From contig NC_042997.1 of NCBI RefSeq assembly GCF_006345805.1, forward strand, positions 158,162,001 to 158,226,000: DNA of 64,000 nt, in the 5' to 3' direction. Under the pieces are notes generated by a model. The model did not search any database. It saw only the letters and a program-made list of their open reading frames with translations, and was not told the DNA's origin. Shown here piece by piece: positions 51,296 through 63,725 of the stretch. This stretch comes from Octopus sinensis. Taxonomy: Eukaryota. The translations under genes and the position numbers were made by a program. The stretch's first letter is position 1. Each line of letters starts with the position of its first letter.

Positions 51296-52590
51296 TTAGG
51301 TCATCAAGTATGAAATTTGTAGTAAGGTATATGGTAAACTTTTACAGCTCTCATTTTGCTCCATTATTATATTTTGACAATCAATTTTTATCTTTTGTTA
51401 GAAAACTGACTCATCTATACCTTTATTCTTACTCATTTTGCACTTTCTAAAGTATTTATAAATCGTTTTTGCTTTTTTGTTTGGAGATAAGATAAGTCAT
51501 AAATTCGTAGAGTTTTGAAATACGAGTTCTTTCTTGGAAATACAGCATCATAGATTGCTCGGAATATTAATAGAATATTTCATTCTAATGTTATTGCACA
51601 GCAGACAGTATCAAATTGGTTTGCAAAATTTCGTTCTGGTAACTTTAACATCACAAATGAGCGACGCGGTCGACCAGAAACAAAGCTGGATAATGACGAA
51701 CTGAAAGCCACTGTCGAGTCAGATCCATCTCAAAGTGCCTGTGAATTATCATTGTTTTTTGGTGTTAGCAAGTAAACAATATTGACTCACCTACTTCAAA
51801 TCGGTAAAGGGAAAAATTTGGGTAAGAGGGTTCCACATGAACTTAATGAAAATCATAAACAGCAACGTTTGGAAGCCTGCATTATGCTACATTTTCGTCA
51901 CAAAATTGAAGCATTTTTGAATGGAATTGTAACATGTGATGAGAAATGGACCCAATACAACAACTTTAAACGTTCAGCACAATAGTTGGACAAAGACCAG
52001 CCACCAAAACACAGTCCAAATGCAAAATCCATCAAAAGAAGCTGATGGAGTGTGTTTCATGATCTGGTGCAGGTGTGATCCATTATGATTTCATTAAACC
52101 TGGCTCTTCAATCACTGCCAAAGTATATTGCAGCCAACTGGATCAAATGATGCAGAAACTTACAAAAAATAAAAACACCCTAGATTAATCAACAGATCCA
52201 CTGCTAATTTAGTGCAAGACAACACCAGACCACACATCGCAAAAATGACATTGGCGAAACTACAGGAGTTGGAGTTAGAAGTTCTCCATCATCCACCATA
52301 CTTACCTGATCTCGCCCCCTCTGATTACCACTTCTTTCAGAATTTGGATAACGTTTTGATAGGAAATTTTTTTAAATTCCGACGACACTGTGAAACAGGC
52401 TTTCCAAAGATTTTATTGACTCTAGATTACCAGGCTTTTACAGTTCCGAGTTGTACTAGCTACCGTTGTAATGGCTAAAGTGTATTGACAATATGGGCGC
52501 ATACTTTGATGAATAAAACTTTTCCTTTTATTTATAAAATATTAGAAAACTTTTCTTTCTTTTCTACAAATTTCATATTTGATGACTTAT
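51296..52590 (+). mobile_element. Full-length mariner (DD34D, Hsmar1/cecropia-like), pseudogenised
   Basis: 1295 bp, TA-flanked ~27-bp TIRs (ttaggtcatcaagtatgaaatttgtag). Motifs RVPHEL, IVTCDEKW and QDNTRPH..YLPDLAPSDY with 34-residue spacing; several stops. Confidence 0.92.
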
Positions 52591-53621
52591 TAAATATTTC
52601 ATACTTGATGACTTAATAAATAATTCATGAAAAACTAGTTAGCACAAAATTTTAAGAAATAGCATATGTTGAACATAAATATACAGCAAACTGCCCAAAA
52701 TTGGACACCATACCCTATAATTCACAATATATCGTGTTAGGTCATTATTGACTGGAGACTAAGATAATATATGTACCGTCTTTTCTAGCACTCGAGTTGA
52801 GGTGGTATATTGTATAAACAGTATCGTCACTATCTTTCTTATACCTGCTGTATTTCACACAGAAGTTTTTATCTTCTATATCTGTCTTGGTGTAGGAGTG
52901 ACATCATGTCTTTGGGTGTAAGCTTTGGTCTAAATAATTCCACTTGTATGTCGGAAAAGTTCGTATATTGCATTCGATATGTAAAGATTGGCATTCATTC
53001 TTTATGAGATAATATCCAAAAATACCAAATACAATCCATAAAGCACGATGCTGATATAGATATGATTTGAAATCCCTGTTCCACGGGTTTTTGTGTGTCT
53101 AATGTAACTTATTCTGTATCGAAAAAAGTAATATTTCAAATTGGAATATCCATCGCATATTTATTGGGTTCTGAATTAAAATCTTTAGTATTAAATATTT
53201 CACTCGCTGGTAATGAATGAAAATAAACAGCAATATCTAACTTAGTAATTCATAAGATGAAGAAAGTATATAGGGTGAAATATGCATATACAGAGACATG
53301 CTCATAACAAATATTTCAAAATTGTTGGACACAAATTACTGACTTGTATAGTTTCAGAACTCACGACGGTTTTAACAACAGCATCGTAGCATATTATACT
53401 GTCTAAATTGCAGTTAAGGTATTTTCGAGAACATTCTGCATTATCCTCTAAATTGTCAACAGTGTGGATTTCATGTTAAAGTAGAATATTGCTACTATGA
53501 GATATGCTATTTATAAGTTGCAAAAGATATACTTTCGATAAAACTACGACTCATTCATTGGTTTCACCACGGACTTCGCTAATATAAAAACAAATTTTTC
53601 GTTAAATATTATGTACAACAG

Positions 53622-55543
53622 TTATAGCACGAATGAATGATGAACATTTTTATGAAGACAGAAAATACAGATATCTCTTTTGGAAAGCACTATTAAATGG
53701 AATACTGGCAGTGCGTCAGTGCTAGTAGTTAAAAGGTTCGCTTTATTACTTTTATCAAAATGGAACTCTTTATCGAGAACAGAGTTGACATTTTTGACAT
53801 CAACTGCATATGGATTTCTTACAAATGCATCGGGAGTAAATTTCCTCCAGTCATAAAGTAATTCAACGTCACTTAACTTCATAACTCCTCTCAAGTTCAA
53901 CCTGATATATCCTTTCAGAATTCGATAGTTAGAATTAAGAATAAAAAACATAACGTAGGTTTTAAAGCTTAAAGCACTATTTCACTATAGTTTGTTGATC
54001 AGAATATTATCTAGTTATATTCTAATGTTATCTGTTGATGTAAACGTCAACAGTACACTTTTTCACTTCGTGTATTGTTAACTGAAATTGATAATTTAAC
54101 ATTAAATTTCACAATCCAGAAGAATGAACAAGCCTATCTAATGAGAAAGCAAGAAGATAACGATAAACGAAGACTACATTGAAGTAAATCTATAAACCTA
54201 CTTCTACAATTTGTAAATTCACAAGAGCAAAGAAATATTAGAAAATGCAAAACAATCGGATGCTTATCTTTAGGCTAAAAGGAATAAAAGTCAGAATGCT
54301 TACAAAATATCTACAGACTTCTCTTACATGAATAACCATGCATGAAGTAATAAGAGAAAATAATGAAAGCAATAATGACTAAACAAAATGGAACACACCT
54401 TTAACGTACGTGGACAATCACCAATATTGTAGACAAAGCGTTCATTAGCTTTGAAGAAAAATATTTCCTGGAGATACATATAACTCTATAGAAATTCTGA
54501 AGAATCGTATCAAGTCATTTTAATATTGCACAGTACTGAGTCTTTACAATATACAATTATACAAATATACAGCATGCGGCAAAAGACCACCAACATTTAC
54601 AGGTTGAGAAGAAATGGCTCAATAATGATCACACACCGTGCACTCATCAAAACCATGATAATAGTTTAAAAAAAAGGAAAGCGATGCGAAATAACAAATG
54701 TAGGGACTATAAGCACACTTGGATCCAGTACTTGGTGTGCAATGTAACCTTACACAAAGTCAATGGTATAATACTAATACTAAACAAAGGAAGTCTTGGA
54801 TATGTTAAATAATACAATGGCTTGAGATAATTAGGTACTAGAGCTAAATTCTTTAGTAAATTGTTATTTTTAAGAATTCGTCTCCTTATAGAATTATTAG
54901 TAAAAGTCATTCAGCATGGCTTTCGTTCAGGTAAACCAAAACTATTGTAAATTCTTCCAATATTGAAAGTATCAAAAGTCAAAACCTAATATATATTATA
55001 TTAATTGTAGATTTTAGAGGAAGTTTTGATTCGCTCCATCTAGTCAATCTGATATAGGCTAATCCAGGTTCCATCATTGATGTAATCAACATTGATACCA
55101 CCACTCAGGTTATATTATTTGATAGTGATGGATATTTTTTGAGAACACGGTAACAGTATTACAAGGCGCCTGCTTTATACTATTTCAATTTATCATACTT
55201 CTCCTAATTAAACATTCCAACATTAAATGATAAAGAAACATGCTACCAGCTAGGTTTCCAAAAATAGGCATCATTCTGAAAATCTTACTCCTGATGCAAA
55301 TTATACAAATAAAATAGCTTTTACTATTAATACTGTCTAGTTAGTTAATCTACTACTTCACGAGCTGAGGAATCTGCAAACAGATTTGATGTCAAAAACA
55401 TTAAAGTGAATTTATGATTTTAGGTCAACCTTTTACTTTAGGTTCTTTTGCCAAATCGCTATGTTAAGGGGACGTAAATGCACCAGCATCGGTTGTGAAG
55501 CGACGGTGGGGGGACAAATACATACCCATATATATATATCTAT

Positions 55544-55579
<36 letters not shown>

Positions 55580-58500
55580 CGGGATGGGCGTCTTTCAGTT
55601 TCCGTCTACCAAATCCACTCACAAGGCTTTGGTCGGCCCGAGGATATAGTAGAAGACACTTGCCCAAGTTGCCACGCAGCGGGACTGATCCCGGAACTAT
55701 GTGGTTGGGAAACAAGCTTCTTTATTTCATTAAATTTGCCACAAGGGCAGCACACAGAGAGAAGCTTGAGTGCTAGACAGAGACATTAATGGGATGAATG
55801 ATGATGATATATGGATAATAAGGAGGGGAGAAGACGAAAAGCGCCCGCCGACTTTCGCTTCTCTAAAACATTGCTCTTTTTTTTTTAAAGCACACAGTTC
55901 AAAATTAAAAATAAACACAAACACGAGCCAATAATCCTCCCACTTTTTACATTTTTAGTCTCTTTTTTAGGTAATACACCTCTTCAATTTTTCCGCCCGG
56001 CCAGGCTCCTCGATTCATCGAAGCACCTGGTCCGTTCCGAACTTAAAGGTTTCAACATAAATCTGAAGGAGTCCGTCGGGAAGGAGTTCGTTATCTTCCA
56101 TAGATCGTTCTCCCATATGACCTCCGCAGACACCTGCGAAGGCCACTCAGGGTCCTCCCTGTAGGACAGAAGCCCCTCCCACCGGCACTTCCTTTCAATT
56201 TTTTAATTTCATTTTGCAAGGTTCCTCCCTTGTGGAAGAGGATCAAAAATTCCTCCTCCAGCGTGTCCTGCCAAAGGAGAATCGGGACACGCCGGCAGCA
56301 TGTCACAACCCGTAGGCAATGTCCCGTTTTTCTTTTTTCTCTTCTTTTTCTCTTGGGCTGCGGGAGGGTGGTGTTCCCTTGCTGTGTCCAGCAGGTCCTC
56401 CTTTTCTCCCGAAGCTCTCTGGTTCTTCGATTGTTGCCCACCTTTCGCTTTCGTTTTTTCGAGGATGTGGAAACCTCCTTGATATCCTCCTCCTTCTCTC
56501 CCTCCATTGAGGGAGCAGGGAGTGGTTCCTCTGTTAACTGCTCCAGGATCCTATTTTGGTCCTTGAAGCAGTTTTTCTTGATGTGGCCGGTCTCCAGGCA
56601 CAGGTGAAACTTGGAGGGGCGTCCCTCGAACATCACCGGATACCTAGACCCGGCCATCCTAAAAAAATCTGGGAAAACCAGACTTTCGGCTGATTGGGTC
56701 CATAGGGTCAACACAGCTTTTGACCCCTCCCAATCAGCCGCAGGCAAAATTTTTACGTTGAGCAGCTTGGTACTACTACCAGTCAGACCCCGGCGGATAG
56801 AGTCTTCTATCCACCTGGGCACAATTCCGGGTGGCAAGCCGCAAACCCAAGCCCTCGCTAACTTCTTTCCACAATAACTGGGAAGAAACATTATTTCCTT
56901 CTCCTCGAGGGGCCGGCTTGCAAAATCGCAAGCTTCTTTGGGGGAGTCAAATAGCAACCAGACCGTTGCAAATTTGACTTCCCGTAAAATAAATTTAATA
57001 GCTGGCATGTATTCTGCCAGCTCTTTCAAAATTGTGGCTTTCGGGAAGACGGTTATGGTATCGAGCGACTTTGAATAAGTCCTCAACACCACCGTCTTCC
57101 TTTCGAGCTCTTTTAGCCATGACTTGGGATGTGTTAATTCCCACACTGATGTTTCCTTTGCCGTTTTTTTTTAAATAAAAAGTCCAAATACAGTTCGTCA
57201 ATACGTTTTCAAATAAAGAAAGATACACAAAAAAAAAGAAAACACAACAGAAGGGAAGAAAAGATAAAAATAACAGTTCAAATAAAGTTCTTTTTTTTTA
57301 AATATATGATAGCTGTGAAAAGAGAGTTCAAATCCAGGCAAAAGAATAAATTTTCGGCCGAAAGGTATTCCTGGCCAATCCTTTTAATCCACGTGGGCAC
57401 AAAAATTTTTAAATACAATTTCTCACAATTATGTGAGACAACACACGTCTCCACAGCAAGGCAGACAAAAAGCCCCGAATCCAGCAAGGACTCCTTGCCT
57501 GTTCAAAAAATTGAAACCATCAGGCAACAAATCCTACTGGACTCAAAAAGCAAAAAGTCTTACCTTACAGTAGAGCGTCTTTCAGTTCAACTTTCGCCAG
57601 CTGCATACCAGCGTGACGACTTCAACAAGTGCGTGAAGAACACTGTTTTCGTTCTTTTTTTCTTTTTAGCTCAAAGCTACATGTCCTCTCTGTTCGACCA
57701 GAAGCAAGCTTCTTACCACACAGCCACGCCTGCGCCTTAATATATATATATATACATGCACTATACACACGCACACTTTAATACAGAAATCACAGCATGT
57801 ATGTATGAGACAAATACATATTGGCTATATTAAAGAAGATTCTTAAGAACAACTTAGTACAACAGAAGAGACAATGAATTTCGTTAAACTATAGACAAGC
57901 AATGATAATATTCAAGACTTGTATAATTGAAAAGTTTCTTAGGCATAATATAAATACACTTGAGGAAGATTTTAATGGCTAATGTAAGCCATAAATTTCA
58001 TTATAAACATAAAGTTTATTCGCAGAGCAACACTGCAACGTCACACCGGTTAACTGTGCATTTACAACGAGGTGCAATTCCATTAGGCTGAAGCAAAATT
58101 GATAGGAAAATGTTATTATCATGTCCAGTCTCTGCTGAATTCCCCTCCCACAAAAAAATGACGAATAATGTTAAAAGTAATATTCAAGAAATGACAAAGT
58201 TAAAAAAAAAATGTAGTTGAAACACAAGAATAACCATCATATTCATTACGCATAAACGTAACTGTCCATGATTGAAATTCCAGAGCAGAGTCTATATTAG
58301 TGTCATTGGTGCGAACTTCTATAAAGTGAAAGTAGTACGTCAATATATCGTTTCAGCTTGAAAATAACTCCAAATGTTTGCAATCACTGTGGTATGAATT
58401 TAAGAAACGTACTTTTCCAAATATCTGCGAGAAACGCACATGAAATTTAAACATAACCGTGGTATTCATTACACCTTATACAATAATGTATATTATTTTA

Positions 58501-61063
58501 ACAAGTACTGGATCCATTTCAGTTGACTGTACACTCGCCAATGATATGTGATCACCAATGAATAATATGATAAAACGACGTGGAACGCTACAGAACTCTC
58601 TATGTTATCGCTTCTCCTGTTAGATATAACAACCAAATTTCCTTCAAACTTAAGGAAGCATTGCTAGATATAAGCTGCAAGAGAAATGTTTTCAATAAAA
58701 GACCTACACTTATTCATTGATATCACCCCGGACGTCGGTTCTATAAAGCACCGAATGTTTTGCTAGTTTATACGTACATATGTTACCTTAGATTCTAAGA
58801 AAACTAAACCATTATCTAAGCTGGCATGCAACTCGTAGATGTGCACGTACATGTACACAAAGGATCAGGGTCATCTACGCTGGCGAGTAACTCGTAGTTG
58901 TACACGTCGTAGGCCTACATATACACACCAAGTTTTAGGTCCATCTACGCTGGCGTGCAAATCGTAGATGTACACGTAGGCCTAACATGTACACAGATAT
59001 CTGCATAGGAGAATTAAAAATAACTGTCGAGGTTAGCATTATATAACTTCTTAAGGAAGCCCTAGATTGTACTGGCGGAACCCTGGTTGAAAACCACTGC
59101 CTTAGAGACTATGTGAGGTATAAAATTCTACTTCTGTGAAGTAGTGAAATACGAATAAAAGGATACATTACATATCCTATTCTTCATGCCGCTGTAACTA
59201 CTGTGCGCTTCGTTGCGGCGCCCTAGGAATATTTTCTTCTTTAACTTTGGTAGTTCATCAGTTACAGGCTGTGTGTCACTGCCAGTAACGTAAATGTGGT
59301 TGAGTTGTGTTCTTTAATTGGACGCAGAACCATCCGAAATATAACAAATGATATAACCTGCTGTTCAGCAAAATAGTTACAAAACAGAGATTGGTGGAAT
59401 ATGTCCATGAGCATCATCTTTGATCTTGATCTCAGGCCATGAGATATTTTGAATCTCGTAAGAAACATTGTATACTTAGCACCAAGTCAATATTGAAACA
59501 TCTTGAGTGTGTAGGTTATAAGGCATACAGCCAAATAAAAGATAGGTTGATCATGGCTGCAATTTCATTTATCATAAATCAGCTGATTTATGCTTCACGT
59601 GGGAATAACTCACAATAACAAGCAATAGTATAACAAAAATAAAAAGCACTGTAGTGATAAAATCAACTTTGTATTATTTGATCTCAGAAACCTATAATAC
59701 TAATACAGTAAACGCATTAGTGTATGAAATTTGTCAAATTTTCTTCGGTCGCCACCCAACACCGTTCCGCAAAAATACGATGGATGCATAGATGTCTAAA
59801 ATATTTAATGCACTGTTGAGTAAGCTAATTACTTTACAAGATTATTCTGTAACATTCTTATAAAATCCTATGAATGATAAGCTGACTGAAATAATGTTGG
59901 CAGTCAATGAACATTAAACGATGATATATTTATCGAAGGTCTATAATATTTTAATTCATTCTTTGACACCTATACAACAGTTAAACAGACGAACTACTTA
60001 CACCCCTAACACAAACACCCCCTACCGCATATATATGCACTTAAACGTACAAAGACAAAGCATAATATTTTGTTAACCCATATTCTACAAAAGTGACTCA
60101 GTAATATGAGATTTCGTGCCTAATCATTTATTAAACCTATCACTTAGTTTTGTGCGCATTTTGGCATTAAACCGTACGTGTTTTAGTAAGTACTACAATA
60201 TTGGCTTCAAATTTTGGCACAAGGCCAGCAGTTTTAGGTTAAACCGATACCATTAACCCCAGCACCCGGCATATTTTACTGAACCCTAAATGATGAACGG
60301 CAAAGTATTCCTCGGCGGAATTTTAGCTCAGAACAAGGCGGTCTAAATGTCACTAAGCATTTCACCTGAGGTAATAAGGATATTCCAACTCACCGCTTTG
60401 GATGGTATCCTTGATCAAGTTGGTGAATGCTGCCATAATTCTTGCCTTAAGTTCACCTTTGGTGTTACAAGGAGTTTTGTTGGTCTCTCGCTCACAAAAT
60501 ATCCAAGGATGTTGCAGTCTGGGGAGTTAGGTGACCAGATGTTAGGGGTGATGTGGTCGCAGAAATTGTCTGGCAGCCATGATTGGGTTCTCCTGCTTGT
60601 GTGGTATAGTGCAGAATCTTGTTGCTAGACATAGGGTCTTCCAGCAACAAACCTCTTGACCCGGAGCAGCGCTTGATGTAGGCCTCCGTGTTGAATCTGA
60701 AGCTCTGTGGGAAGATAAATAGAGGCATAAGGTCGCCGTCACTAGTGATCACTCCAAACACTATGATGTTCACTGGATGTTTGATTTTTATCACTCTCGG
60801 TACATGTCCTCAGATTGCACTGTCCACAGATTGACACCCAAAAACTCTGAAATGTTCGCATTGGAACCTCTGGCGTAAATGTTAATTAGTACAGTATGTC
60901 GTTTTCAAATTTCTGGTAGAGTGAATTGCGTCATGGTGCTGTTATTCCCACAGATGGTGCCCAACTGACCCTACTATATTGTGTAGTCGACAAGATCAAA
61001 AATAAACAATGGATATGCACGACATAAAAAATATAAAATGGCGCCAATTTACCCATCGCACGC

Positions 61064-61158
<95 letters not shown>

Positions 61159-63031
61159 CTATGTATGTATATGTATATATATATATATATATGCATATAT
61201 CCATGCATACATGCGTATTTAAGATGATATGCGTTAATATATATACTGATATGTATGATTTGTACAAGCAGCCATTCCACACATAAACCCACATTCACAC
61301 ACCAAGGCTAATCCTGATGCTTATCTTTTGTAACGATAAATAATTATGAGATAATTCTCCCCCACAACAGATACTTTGTTTCCTCTCGAGCAAATGAACT
61401 TAGCAAAGCTAGTCGACAACGCAATCATCAAATTCCACAAATGTACATCTTGGTTTTATTCCAAATAGTCAATGTACTCACGAAAGACACTTTTAGCAAT
61501 GAGTTTTGCACTCCACCTGTTTAATCAACGCACACACCAAGTGTAATTACATGTTTCAGAAAGGAGCTTTTTATTTTAGAAATAATAATCAAAGTTTCCA
61601 TAAAAGCTGCCTAAAATGGTACTTAACGTGTTCCTAGATATATTATGTCTTAAAAAGAGATAAATTTACCTCGGAAGGAATGCTTTCAAGAAAGGCAACG
61701 CGAAGCCGGGAAATTCTAGAGGATTACCAGAGTTACCAAATTCTGGGGATTGTAAAATTCATATTTTATGATCTTTTACATACATCATTCATTTTATGTT
61801 CGTGATATTGCTTTTACTTTCGGATTTATCAACTTATACTCTTATTTCCCACGCAGAATTCATATGTTAAACAGAAATAAGTGGATAAACACTTTCAATA
61901 ATATTTGATTGTTTGTAAAATATTTCTTCTCTAATTATTTTCTGAAATCTATTTACTCATATTTCTGTATTCTATAGTTTTCAATACAAACCGAATAAAA
62001 CAAATACCTTTTCTGTTGACCCGCCGATTAACTCCAGTAAGTTAAAACACTCTACAGCTTAATTTCTATCATTTTGTAACTTTTGTATTATTATCTACAC
62101 GAGTAAATTTTGCTGCCCACACATGATTTCTGTTCTATCGTATGTATGACCTTCCAGAAAAGCTATGTATTTTTCATATATTGTTTTGTTAATATGTTGA
62201 TTTCTCACTTCGATTCATCGGTTGCAAGCAATTATGCTTGCCATCTCACTGCTTTCTCTGTTAAGCTTGTTCAATTCCATCTTTCTGATTTATATTGCCC
62301 TCACTTATTTCTTATAGCTTACTTTAATGTACTACAACAGTCGTACAAAATAAGAGCTGGAATATACATATCTTCAACATTCAATTTGGGTAAATTTTAG
62401 AGTGAAAAACTTCAGTAAAATATTGTTTGAACGATTGAAGATGTCAATTTTGTGGGGAGAAATATCAGATTTTCAACAGTCTATGTTTTTTTTCAAATGC
62501 AGTAAAAATCTTCTTTGTTCTTCCTGTGGAATCATATTCTGAGCGTTGAAGTGTTACATGCACAATATTATGGGACAATTGGCTCCGACATATTTTCAAG
62601 TGGTGTATGCAAACGTAGTTCTAAGCGACGAATTTCTCCTGGTTATCAATTATTGGACTTTGGGAAAATTTAGTGAGACTCTTCTACCATAAGCCTCTGT
62701 TTGAACTTCTTTGATGTCTCATAAGCATAAAATATGATATTACAATCATCACTTTTCGCAATATTTTTGATGTACGACATTGTATTTTTATCTTAATTGC
62801 ATCAATAGTTAGCTTAAACAATTAATTTTATAACCGTTTGATTTTCGGGTAAACGCATAAGCTCTCAACCTGCACCATGCCCATACTTACAGATTTTTGT
62901 CTTTACTTTTATGAATATGTATTACTATTATTTAATGCTGTTCTGTTTATTCTTTTCGTACTCATTTGGATATTATGTGGACTATGCAGAATTCACCCTA
63001 CGCCTAACTTCACGTTTATGATATCGGCCAT
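53622..63031 (-). CDS. Candidate host gene: ~150-aa signal-anchor (type II-like) membrane protein of unknown function
   Basis: Exons 63031-62997, 61516-61482, 59648-59614, 54467-54410 and 53911-53622. All introns are AG/GT (donors gtgaat, gtgagt, gtgagt, gtacgt) with matching phases 2,1,0,1. Gives [46 protein letters not shown]...; possible upstream exon 63302-63267. Confidence 0.5.
54780..55300 (+). pseudogene. Decayed CR1/L2-type RT fragment
   Basis: QHGFRSGK and [11 protein letters not shown] patches resemble the QHGFR and DFSKAFD motifs. Confidence 0.4.
55723..57700 (-). mobile_element. ORF1-only (half-LINE) L1/Tx1-like non-autonomous retroelement
   Basis: 14-bp TSD with 1 mismatch (55709-55722, 57701-57714). 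5' UTR, one ORF, ~370-bp 3' UTR ending at an AATAAA that overlaps the TSD. No RT or endonuclease. Confidence 0.8.
56091..57164 (-). CDS. ORF1-like nucleic-acid-binding protein (~355 aa) with CCHC knuckle
   Basis: Open frame. The likely start aaaACGgca (57164-57162) looks like a mutated ATG. Knuckle [F][13 protein letters not shown] lacks its first Cys; acidic then basic C-terminal region. Confidence 0.7.
   Translation of the reverse strand, partial: TAKETSVWELTHPKSWLKELERKTVVLRTYSKSLDTITVFPKATILKELAEYMPAIKFILREVKFATVWLLFDSPKEACDFASRPLEEKEIMFLPSYCGKKLARAWVCGLPPGIVPRWIEDSIRRGLTGSSTKLLNVKILPAADWEGSKAVLTLWTQSAESLVFPDFFRMAGSRYPVMFEGRPSKFHLCLETGHIKKNCFKDQNRILEQLTEEPLPAPSMEGEKEEDIKEVSTSSKKRKRKVGNNRRTRELREKRRTCWTQQGNTTLPQPKRKRREKRKTGHCLRVVTCCRRVPILLWQDTLEEEFLILFHKGGTLQNEIKKLKGSAGGRGFCPTGRTLSGLRRCLRRSYGRTIYGR
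58821..59099 (+). mobile_element. Three ~60-70-bp minisatellite units followed by a hAT-type right end
   Basis: Units start at 58821, 58880 and 58950. The end ggaaccctggttgaaaaccactg reverse-complements to CAGTGGTTTTCAACC; left end not found. Confidence 0.5.
60215..60380 (-). mobile_element. SINE family B
   Basis: Reverse complement contains gttctgagctaaaattccgccgagg..ctttgccgttcatc. Confidence 0.65.
60383..60974 (-). mobile_element. Internally deleted DD37D (maT) Tc1/mariner
   Basis: [16 protein letters not shown] and [19 protein letters not shown][G]Y with 37-residue spacing. TA-flanked left end at 60974. Confidence 0.8.
62318..62389 (+). CDS. Isolated candidate 72-nt exon ([23 protein letters not shown])
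   Basis: Strong polypyrimidine acceptor, donor gtaaat, only one frame open. No partner exon securely identified. Confidence 0.25.
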
Positions 63032-63619
63032 TTGCAAGCCACCACAACAACTAAGAAAATACAATTTTGTATTTTTAGCTGAATTAAAATGAATCGCCGT
63101 ATGATGGGGAAATGCAAAAATATTATTTGTTTATTTAGTAGCATAATGTGATAACAATGCCTATTTATTTTTAGCAGTGATGCAACACAGCTTAGGTCAC
63201 TTAATATATCAAGCTGCAGACATTTTCTCATTTTTTTAAAATTGACATTTATAAACAAATTCTTACCTCTTTGTTGTAGTTACAGTACATATTGAATTGA
63301 TCCTAAGATTTTCAAAATATTACATTCAACACAATTGAATGTTTTCATCTATTACCTAATAAATTCTGATTAAACAAATTAAGAATATGCTGTCAGTGCA
63401 GATCACGCTGTTACATTCATCGAAATACAAAAGATACCTTTCAGGGATATTTCTAAGATAATTGCAGATTGTCAGCAGATGCAAGCCCTCATCACTCTGA
63501 GTATATCAATATTCAGAAGAATGAACATAATCATAGTAGATTTTACCAAGACTTATTTGTAGAATTCCATGAGATAAGTGAATGGAATATTTTGGTATAA
63601 TTTTCGCTCCCCGAATTGA

Positions 63620-63725
63620 CAGAATCTTTAGAGCATTGGATATGATACGCCGCGTTCTGAGTTCAAATCCTGCTGTAGTCAACTTTGTATTTCATTCTTT
63701 CGGAGTCAGTAACAAAGTGCCACCT
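63620..63725 (+). mobile_element. SINE family B, diverged
   Basis: gttctgagttcaaatcctgctgtagtcaactttg..tttcattctttcggagtc. Confidence 0.6.

Larger units (their letters stand above)
55440..57736 (-). mobile_element. SINE family A split by a 1.98-kb insertion (head 57701-57736, body 55440-55722)
   Basis: Removing 55723-57714 restores tgtggttgggaa(a/g)caagcttcttaccacacagccacgcctgcgcc. Confidence 0.9.

Noticed and set aside
58821-58997. Repeat units as a CRISPR-like array
   Set aside because: Eukaryotic context, no unique spacers and no cas genes; this is an ordinary degenerate minisatellite.
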